Below, one piece after another: positions 57,674 through 64,000 of a DNA stretch of 64,000 nt. Numbering within the stretch: the first letter of the stretch is position 1; every line of letters starts with the position of its first letter. The position numbers were made by a program, and so were the translations under genes. Where the stretch lies: assembly GCA_026415655.1 (NCBI GenBank), contig JAOAGR010000004.1:67236-131235 (forward strand), in the 5' to 3' direction. Origin of the DNA: Candidatus Dojkabacteria bacterium (GTDB lineage Bacteria; Patescibacteriota; Dojkabacteria; JAOAGR01). The notes beneath the pieces are model-generated. The model searched no databases. It saw only the letters and a program-made list of their open reading frames with translations, and had not been told where the DNA came from.

Positions 57674-57946
57674 ATGATGAAACACAAAGAATCCAGTCAA
57701 AAAGAAAAATCAATCCTTGCATCTAAAAAAGCTGCAGGTACAGTAAAGAAAATTATAGAAATGCTTGAAGAAGATCGGTATTGCATTGATATTATTCAAC
57801 AGATTGATGGAGCCATCGGGCTCTTAAAAAGTGCAAGAAATCAAATCCTAGATGATCATTTTGATCATTGTTTGCTTGAAAAAATTCAAGAAGATAAGGA
57901 AAAAACTTTGGATGAACTAAAAAAGGTTTATAGAATAAGTAACTAA
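57674..57946 (+). CDS. csoR: CsoR/RcnR/FrmR-family metal-sensing transcriptional repressor (Cu-type C-H-C ligands).
   Basis: EDRYCIDIIQQIDGAIGLLKSARNQILDDHFDHCL. The conserved Cys, His and Cys align with CsoR. Confidence 0.8.
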   Translation: MMKHKESSQKEKSILASKKAAGTVKKIIEMLEEDRYCIDIIQQIDGAIGLLKSARNQILDDHFDHCLLEKIQEDKEKTLDELKKVYRISN

Positions 57947-57957
57947 TGTGAATTGTT

Positions 57958-57990
57958 AAGTCAACGAAATTAAGGCGTTGACTTTTTTTA
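57958..57990 (+). terminator. Rho-independent terminator after csoR: a 9-bp perfect stem AAGTCAACG / CGTTGACTT, a 9-nt loop, and a T7 tract.
   Basis: Read directly: aagtcaacgaaattaaggcgttgacttttttt. Confidence 0.7.
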
Positions 57991-58024
57991 GATATGTTAT
58001 AACATATACCCCACGTACACGTTA
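57978..58024 (+). promoter_or_regulatory. TTGACT -35 hexamer (inside the terminator's descending stem) and the operator-like motif ACGTACACGTTA upstream of copZ.
   Basis: TTGACT at 57978-57983. The 12-mer at 58013-58024 is identical to the reverse complement of 57154-57165. Confidence 0.35.
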
Positions 58025-58036
58025 GATCAAAAACAT

Positions 58037-58264
58037 ATGAATAATTACAAAATACAAATCAAAGGAATGCATTGCAACGGATGCAAAAATTTAATTCAAA
58101 TGTCGCTGGAGGATGAGAGTCTGCAGAATGTTTCTGTAAATCCAGAGACAGGATATGCGAACTTTAATACCGATTTATCAGAGGAAGATACCGCAAAAGT
58201 ATTAGAAAAGGTATTTGCAGAACTTTCTGACTATTCTTATTCAAATTTAGAAAAGGTGGATTAA
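58037..58264 (+). CDS. copZ: HMA-domain copper chaperone CopZ-like.
   Basis: The GMHCNGC (MxCxxC) motif in a 75-aa protein. Confidence 0.8.
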   Translation: MNNYKIQIKGMHCNGCKNLIQMSLEDESLQNVSVNPETGYANFNTDLSEEDTAKVLEKVFAELSDYSYSNLEKVD

Positions 58265-58271
58265 AACAAAT

Positions 58272-59330
58272 ATGTCAAAATTATTAACAATATCAATTGC
58301 CACTGTCACTTTTATAACAGGTGTCGGACTTGGCTATATAATTACCCCTCAGTATGCAATGTCTAATACAGAGAGTGCTGCTATGGTAGGAGACTTTGGA
58401 AAGGCAGATAAATATGTCGACCAAAGGTTTATCAATGCAATGATAAAACACCACTTAGGATCGATTGACATGGCTAAACAAGCTCAAACAAACTCTAGCA
58501 GAGATGAAATTAAGTCCATGGCTAATGACATCATTACTGTTCAACAAAAAGAAGTAGATCAGTTATATCAATGGAAAAAGGATTGGTATAACGATACTTC
58601 AAAAGTTAAACAAGGCGAAAAAGTAAACTTAGGGTCTGCTGGCGATAAATTTGATCTTAGATTTATTAATGCAATGATTGCACACCACTCTGATGCAGTG
58701 ATGATGGCTCAGGATATCCAAAAGAAATCAACTAGAGATGAGGTTCTCCAGCTTGCTGACGAAATCATTACAGCTAAGTCAGGTGAAATAAAAGCAATGG
58801 AGGACTGGAGATGGGCTTGGTATAACATTTCAACAACCACTTCAATGAATGATGGTAGCGGAATGTTAGGAACTGCTGATGAAAGATTTGATCTAAGATA
58901 CATTAACGAAATGATTTCTCATCATCAAGGTGCAATAGCACTAGCAAGACAGGTAGAAAAAACCTCACATCGGAAAGAAATTCGGGATCTCGCAACTATG
59001 ATTATAAAAGAAGAACCTAAGTCTATTGAGGAGTTATATGCATGGAAGAAGGCTTGGTATAACGATACAACAAAGGTTGCAGAACCAAAGGTGGCAAACT
59101 TAGGATCGTATGATGAAAAACTTGATTTAAGATTCCTGAACGCACTAATTGCTCATCATGATGCAGGAATTATGATGACAAAAGAAGCTAGACTAAAAAG
59201 TGCTAGAAATGAAGTTTTAAATAATGCGGATAGCACAGAAATGTTCTTTGTGACAACAAAGAAAACTTTTGAACAGTGGCGATCAGAATGGTACTTAACA
59301 CCAACATCTACACCTGCACAGCAGATGTAA
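58272..59330 (+). CDS. Secreted DUF305-family protein with four DUF305 repeats (tandem duplication). Associated with copper resistance.
   Basis: Four repeats of D.RF(I/L)N.MI.HH..A..MA: DQRFINAMIKHH, DLRFINAMIAHH, DLRYINEMISHH, and DLRFLNALIAHH. Has a signal peptide. Confidence 0.75.
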   Translation: MSKLLTISIATVTFITGVGLGYIITPQYAMSNTESAAMVGDFGKADKYVDQRFINAMIKHHLGSIDMAKQAQTNSSRDEIKSMANDIITVQQKEVDQLYQWKKDWYNDTSKVKQGEKVNLGSAGDKFDLRFINAMIAHHSDAVMMAQDIQKKSTRDEVLQLADEIITAKSGEIKAMEDWRWAWYNISTTTSMNDGSGMLGTADERFDLRYINEMISHHQGAIALARQVEKTSHRKEIRDLATMIIKEEPKSIEELYAWKKAWYNDTTKVAEPKVANLGSYDEKLDLRFLNALIAHHDAGIMMTKEARLKSARNEVLNNADSTEMFFVTTKKTFEQWRSEWYLTPTSTPAQQM

Positions 59331-59354
59331 TTTTAATTCTAAGCATATAAACAC

Positions 59355-61700
59355 ATGGAAAACATAACAATACCAGTAAAAGGAATGCATTGCGCGAGCT
59401 GTGCTACAACAATAAAAAAAGTTTTAGAGAAAGTTGGAGGTGTAGGTAAGTGTGATGTGAACATCGCGACAGAAAAAGCAAATATAGAATATGATAGAAA
59501 TCAAGTAAGTTTAGAAACATTATCTAATAAACTGACACCTTTTGGTTATTCACTTGCTATCCCTGCCTCCTCAACGCCTGCACTAAGCACAAAAGCAGTA
59601 GAAAGCCATCAAATGGCTGATGGAACTTTAATGACTGCCAATGAGCATGCTGAGCACTTAGGAACAAATCAAAGCAAAGAGGAAAAACTTGCTGAACTTC
59701 AAGAGCAGAAAGAAAAAGTTGATTTTGTAATGCCGATAACGGTATTTACATTTGTAACAATGATGTGGGAAATTCTTGCGAAAACATTTGATTGGTTTCC
59801 TAGATATTTCATTCCAATGGAGTTAAATAATATTATTGTATTTGCTCTAGCATCAATAGTCATGTTTTGGATCGGTAAGCCGTTTATAGACGGTGTAGGA
59901 AGATTCATAAAGCATCGGATTGCAAATATGGATACATTGATAGGTATAGGAACTTTAACAGCGTACTTCTACAGTTCTGTTGTCGTTCTAATGCCGCAAG
60001 TTAAAGCGTTTATGGGGCTTCCTGAAACTACTTACTTTGATGTAACAATCGTAGTAATAGGATTTATTATTTTAGGAAAGTACCTAGAAGCGAGGTCAAA
60101 GTTAAGAACAGGAGAAGCAATTGAGAAGTTGGTGAACTTGCAGGCAAAAACAGCACTTGTTGAAAGGGATGGAAAAGAAATAGAAGTGCCTATAGATCAA
60201 GTTGTTCTTGGAGACTTGATTATTGTTAAGCCTGGCACGAAAATTCCTGTAGATGCAGAAATAGTTGAAGGAAAGTCGTCTATTGATGAGTCAATGGTTA
60301 CTGGAGAACCTATTCCAGTTGATAAACAAAGCGGTGACTCTGTAATTGGAGGTACAATCAATAAACAAGGTGTATTAAAGATTAAGGCAATAAAAGTTGG
60401 CTCTGAAACACTTCTTGCTCACATTATTAAAATGGTAGAGAACGCTCAAGGATCGAAAGCACCAATCCAGAGACTTGCTGATTCAATTTCAGGGGTATTT
60501 GTTCCAATTGTTCTGGTAATTGCAATATTAACACTGATTTTATGGATTGTATTAGGTCCGCAATTTCTAGGATTAGAACTATCTGAAGCGATTTCTCTTG
60601 GACTATTATGTTTTGTCGGAATACTTGTTATTGCATGTCCTTGTGCACTTGGTCTTGCAACGCCTACAGCAATAATTGTTGGAGTCGGTAAAGGTGCTTC
60701 AAATGGAATTTTGATTAAAAATGCAGAAAGCCTTGAAAAACTACATAAAGTAAAAGTTGTTGTAGTGGATAAAACAGGAACAATTACAAAGGGGCAGCCT
60801 GAAGTTACTGATGTTATCTCAACAACTCACTTAACTGAAGAAAAAGTATTGTCTTTAGTCGGTTCACTGGAAAAAAACTCCGAACACCCACTGGCTATAG
60901 CTATCATGGATAAGGTTAAGGCTTCAGGAGTTGAACTTTCATCTGTTGATGATTTTGAAATTATCGAAGGAAAAGGTTTGAAAGGAAGCATTCACGGAGA
61001 AGAGATATATGCTGGAAACTTGAAACTACTTGCGGATCTGAATCTTCCTTTTGATCGATCAAGAATTGATACATTAGCAAGTCAAGGAAAAACACCCGTT
61101 GTTCTTACAACAAGAAGTGAAGTGCTCGCGATTATTGCAATTGCGGATACTATAAAACCAGAAGCAATCGAATCAGTAAAAGCACTTCATAAGCTAGGAG
61201 TAAAAGTAGCCATGCTTACAGGTGATAATAAAAATACAGCTCGATATATTGCAGATCAGGTCGGAATTGATGAGGTTTTTGCAGAAGTCTTACCTTCTGA
61301 AAAGGCTGATAAGGTTATTGAATTACAGAAAAAAGGTCTGGTTGTTGCTATGGCTGGCGACGGTGTAAACGATGCTCCCGCTCTTGCTCAGGCAGATGTA
61401 GGCGTAGCAATGGGAACAGGTACGGATGTAGCAATTGAATCAGCAGATATCACTCTTCTTCATGGAGACATATCAAAATTAGCAAAAGCAATAAAGCTTT
61501 CTAAAAAAACAATGCGAACTATTAAGCAGAATTTGTTCTGGGCATTTATTTACAATGTAGTAGGCATTCCACTTGCTGCAGGTATATTCTACCCATTCTT
61601 TGGACTGCTGCTAAACCCAATATTTGCAGGGCTTGCAATGGCATTCTCTTCAGTATCGGTTGTCACAAACTCACTTAGATTAAAAACTGCCAAAATATGA
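59355..61700 (+). CDS. copA: Copper-exporting P1B-1 ATPase CopA with an N-terminal HMA domain.
   Basis: GMHCASC, TGEP, IACPCALGLATP, DKTGTIT, and GDGVNDAPALA. Confidence 0.9.
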   Translation: MENITIPVKGMHCASCATTIKKVLEKVGGVGKCDVNIATEKANIEYDRNQVSLETLSNKLTPFGYSLAIPASSTPALSTKAVESHQMADGTLMTANEHAEHLGTNQSKEEKLAELQEQKEKVDFVMPITVFTFVTMMWEILAKTFDWFPRYFIPMELNNIIVFALASIVMFWIGKPFIDGVGRFIKHRIANMDTLIGIGTLTAYFYSSVVVLMPQVKAFMGLPETTYFDVTIVVIGFIILGKYLEARSKLRTGEAIEKLVNLQAKTALVERDGKEIEVPIDQVVLGDLIIVKPGTKIPVDAEIVEGKSSIDESMVTGEPIPVDKQSGDSVIGGTINKQGVLKIKAIKVGSETLLAHIIKMVENAQGSKAPIQRLADSISGVFVPIVLVIAILTLILWIVLGPQFLGLELSEAISLGLLCFVGILVIACPCALGLATPTAIIVGVGKGASNGILIKNAESLEKLHKVKVVVVDKTGTITKGQPEVTDVISTTHLTEEKVLSLVGSLEKNSEHPLAIAIMDKVKASGVELSSVDDFEIIEGKGLKGSIHGEEIYAGNLKLLADLNLPFDRSRIDTLASQGKTPVVLTTRSEVLAIIAIADTIKPEAIESVKALHKLGVKVAMLTGDNKNTARYIADQVGIDEVFAEVLPSEKADKVIELQKKGLVVAMAGDGVNDAPALAQADVGVAMGTGTDVAIESADITLLHGDISKLAKAIKLSKKTMRTIKQNLFWAFIYNVVGIPLAAGIFYPFFGLLLNPIFAGLAMAFSSVSVVTNSLRLKTAKI

Positions 61701-62323
61701 AAAAAGTTATTATACCAATATTATTAGTTACAGCTGGAGTACTTTTAAGTCTTGTTGCAACTACAACATTACGTTTTGTTACTTTGAAGGAGGAAGAAAA
61801 TACTCATTATCACGCCGATTTTATGATCCACATTAATGGAGAGATGATGATGTTGGATGACCCAGAGTATTATAAAGAAGAAGTCCCAGCTCCATGTTCG
61901 ACTGGCGAACATACTTCTGATCCTCTAGAGAGAGCACATTTGCATGATAGAGTCCCTTCTGTTGTTCATGTAGAGGATGAGGCAGTCACATGGGGACACT
62001 TCTTTCAAAACCTTGGTTATACTGTATCAAAAGATATTTTGATTACTCCGGAAGGAGATATTTATAAACTCGAAGGAGAAAAGAGGCTTCGATTTATATT
62101 AAATGGAAAAGAGGAAAGCATTATTTCTGGAAGGGTGATTCAAAACAAAGATCGCTTACTAGTAAGTTATGGTGAAGAAACAGGTCAAGAACTAATTGAT
62201 GGTAAATACAATGAGGTTACTGAGAGAGCAGAAGAGTATAACAATACTCCTGATCCAGAAGGTTGCTCTGGATCAAAAGTAGAATCATTTACAGATAAGT
62301 TGAAGAGGGCATTTATAAATTAA
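61697..62323 (+). CDS. His-rich secreted or anchored protein, a putative metal-binding accessory protein. Translationally coupled to copA (ATGA overlap).
   Basis: N-terminal TM segment. HYHADFMIHINGEMMMLDD...HTSDPLERAHLHDRVPSVVHVEDE...WGHFF. Confidence 0.45.
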   Translation: MKKVIIPILLVTAGVLLSLVATTTLRFVTLKEEENTHYHADFMIHINGEMMMLDDPEYYKEEVPAPCSTGEHTSDPLERAHLHDRVPSVVHVEDEAVTWGHFFQNLGYTVSKDILITPEGDIYKLEGEKRLRFILNGKEESIISGRVIQNKDRLLVSYGEETGQELIDGKYNEVTERAEEYNNTPDPEGCSGSKVESFTDKLKRAFIN

Positions 62324-62324
62324 T

Positions 62325-62570
62325 ATGGAAGCACAAATTAAAAAATCAAACTCTTGCATCTTGCATGTAAATGGAATGCACTGTGCAGCATGTGAGCTTG
62401 TTATAGAAAAGAAGTTGAAGAGAGTGAAAGGCGTGACTTTTGTAGACGCTAAACTTACTTCTCAAACTGTTGAAGTAAAAGGAGAGCTAGAAGGCTCTCC
62501 TGAAGAATTAGCCGAGGAGTTCACAAAGCTTGTTGAAACAGATGGATATACAATTACTGTTGAAAAGTAA
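62325..62570 (+). CDS. copZ: Second HMA-domain metallochaperone.
   Basis: The NGMHCAACELV (MxCxxC) motif in an 81-aa protein. Confidence 0.8.
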   Translation: MEAQIKKSNSCILHVNGMHCAACELVIEKKLKRVKGVTFVDAKLTSQTVEVKGELEGSPEELAEEFTKLVETDGYTITVEK

Positions 62571-62573
62571 AAT

Positions 62574-63422
62574 GTGAAGAAAAAAATAAATTGGTCAGAG
62601 TTTATTTATGCTGGACCGATTGCACTAATCATTATCATCTTATTTGTACTATTACAAAAAACAGGTGTTGTAGATTTTGTAAATGTAGATTCAGTTAATC
62701 TTCCTGCTGTCTTCTTAATTGGCTTGGTAGCGTCAATATCGTCATGCGCTGCTGTTGTAGGAGGACTTGCATTATCAATTTCGTCCTCTTTTTCAATGGC
62801 AGGTAAAAAAGTGGGTACTGTATCTAGTATTTCGTTCCATTTAGGGAGACTTCTCGGTTTTTTTGTTTTGGGTGGGATTATTGGATGGCTTGGATCACTT
62901 TTCACTTTAGAGGGTGATTCCAGTAGATATTGGAGTATTGGTACCAGTTTATTTACAGGGGTTATTTTACTTACTCTAGCATTAGGGCTTATATTTTCTT
63001 CTGACTTCTTTAAGAAGTTTACTCCAAAGTTACCAAAAAGCGTCTCAAATAAACTATTAAAAGTACAGGATGTTAATGTCGATTCTTCAAGTGCAAAAAC
63101 TCCAATTCTTGCAATGATAATCCCGGCACTTGCAGGAGTAATTACTTTCTTCCTTCCATGTGGATTTACTCAAAGCATGCAAATGTTCTCACTTGGTACA
63201 GGTAGCTTTATCAATGGTGCCTTAACTATGTTTGTATTCTCTTTAGGAACATTGCCAGTGTTAGCAATGCTTAGTTTTGCCTCTATCAAACTATCAGAAG
63301 AATCTAAGTATTCTGGAATATTCTTCAAAACAGCAGGTTTGCTAGTTTTGTTCTTTGCTATTCTTAATTTAAGCGGAGCTTTAACAGTGATGGGAATTAT
63401 AGATCCACTATTTACTTTTTAA
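62574..63422 (+). CDS. Polytopic membrane protein with two conserved membrane Cys, DsbD_2/UreH/CcdA-like. This type often follows HMA chaperone genes.
   Basis: SSCAAVVGG and FFLPCGFTQSMQMFSLGTG in separate TM helices. Six to seven hydrophobic segments. Confidence 0.45.
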   Translation: MKKKINWSEFIYAGPIALIIIILFVLLQKTGVVDFVNVDSVNLPAVFLIGLVASISSCAAVVGGLALSISSSFSMAGKKVGTVSSISFHLGRLLGFFVLGGIIGWLGSLFTLEGDSSRYWSIGTSLFTGVILLTLALGLIFSSDFFKKFTPKLPKSVSNKLLKVQDVNVDSSSAKTPILAMIIPALAGVITFFLPCGFTQSMQMFSLGTGSFINGALTMFVFSLGTLPVLAMLSFASIKLSEESKYSGIFFKTAGLLVLFFAILNLSGALTVMGIIDPLFTF

Positions 63423-63423
63423 A

Positions 63424-64000
63424 ATGAATACATGGTTTGAGAAAAAATTATTATTAATCGTTGGTGCAGGGTTGACTGTCTTTACAGTACTCCCTGCACT
63501 TGCTCCTTTATTTGCCTATTTAGGATGGAATTTTCTTGCTGATCCTATTTACTGGGTTTACCAGTGGTTCTGTCACCAAAGACCTTGGAGATCTTACCAT
63601 TTGTTTGATTACCAATATGCAATGGATGCAAGAATGATGCTTATGTTTGGAAGTATGGCTGTTTCTGCATTTGTTATTCACTACTTTAAAGTGAAACCAT
63701 TGAATAAATGGCAATCATTTATTTTAGCAATTCTTTTGATTGCTCCTTTAGGCATAGATGGAACAATCCAAGCAATTGCGGAAGTATTGAATAGCTCGAA
63801 TTCTATACCTTTTTATGAAAGCACTAACCTAACAAGAAGTGTTGTGGGAGCAATATTTGGAGTGGGAATTGCCTTTGCCTTATTCCCATCCTTAAGGGAG
63901 CAAAATGAGATTGGCAAACCAGACAGTAACTTCCTAAGCAAACTAGTCGTATCTTTTCTAATAAGCATACTGTTTATTCCAGTAATTGTATTTTTTTGGG
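63424..64000 (+). CDS. DUF2085-like membrane protein. Partial: no stop codon before the window end.
   Basis: Manual translation: MNTWFEKKLLLIVGAGL...WFCHQRPWRSYHLF... The CHQRP.RS motif is typical of DUF2085. Not in the ORF track because it runs off the window. Confidence 0.5.
   Translation, partial: MNTWFEKKLLLIVGAGLTVFTVLPALAPLFAYLGWNFLADPIYWVYQWFCHQRPWRSYHLFDYQYAMDARMMLMFGSMAVSAFVIHYFKVKPLNKWQSFILAILLIAPLGIDGTIQAIAEVLNSSNSIPFYESTNLTRSVVGAIFGVGIAFALFPSLREQNEIGKPDSNFLSKLVVSFLISILFIPVIVFFW

Noticed and set aside
1-64000. Search for CRISPR arrays, rRNA genes, reverse transcriptase or DGR, and retron-like elements.
   Set aside because: I saw no regularly spaced direct repeats of 25-40 nt with unique spacers and no rRNA-like conserved stretches. 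No ORF has RT (YxDD) motifs. The only repeat structures found are the operator repeats and the nested inverted repeats reported above.

Overview
The window is a low-GC bacterial sequence with the standard genetic code; no UGA recoding is needed for the long ORFs. The many N/Q-rich and PT-linker proteins, small housekeeping set and sortase/monoderm-type genes suggest a Patescibacteria/CPR-like or other reduced monoderm lineage. This is inference only.

Left part, about 1-36.5 kb, mostly housekeeping and envelope genes:
- M29 aminopeptidase and a COG0523 zinc-chaperone GTPase, followed by mnmA, miaA, recA, pyrH, gatA, mscL, ndk and murE.
- A Kef-type antiporter, an ABC exporter and an RcnA-like Ni/Co efflux protein.
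- Several large secreted or type-II membrane proteins.
- An extremely AT-rich block (about 3.0-7.7 kb) with paralogous polytopic membrane-protein genes, ending at tRNA-Gly(CCC) with a nearby orphan tRNA 3' half.

Right part, from tRNA-Ser(GCT) at 36584-36676 onward, looks like an integrative conjugative element (ICE). I consider this the most interesting system in the window. Its components, in order:
- A large serine recombinase overlapping the tRNA 3' end.
- A LexA/CI-like S24 repressor divergent from a Cro-like HTH gene, with direct-repeat operators between them.
- A 1039-aa DUF11/SdrD-B-like surface adhesin whose C-terminal sorting signal resembles LAxTG (IADTG + TM + RTKE).
- A VirB2/TrbC-like pilin candidate and a VirB6-like polytopic protein.
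- A VirB3-like/VirB4 ATPase pair, a membrane-anchored Ig-like protein and an M23 cell-wall hydrolase.
- An HTH_36 replication-initiator-like protein and a VirD4-type coupling ATPase.
- A strongly structured nested-inverted-repeat region, which is an oriT candidate.
- A Replic_Relax-family protein and a sortase.

Immediately downstream lies a copper-homeostasis module that may be ICE cargo:
- A His/Met-rich P1B ATPase with a non-canonical CPD motif.
- A cupredoxin-like protein, csoR, two copZ genes and a four-repeat DUF305 protein.
- copA with the canonical CPC motif, a His-rich secreted protein, a DsbD_2-like membrane protein and a DUF2085 protein.
- A shared ACGTACACGT(TA) operator-like motif upstream of two transcription units in this module.

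No CRISPR array, rRNA or reverse transcriptase was seen.
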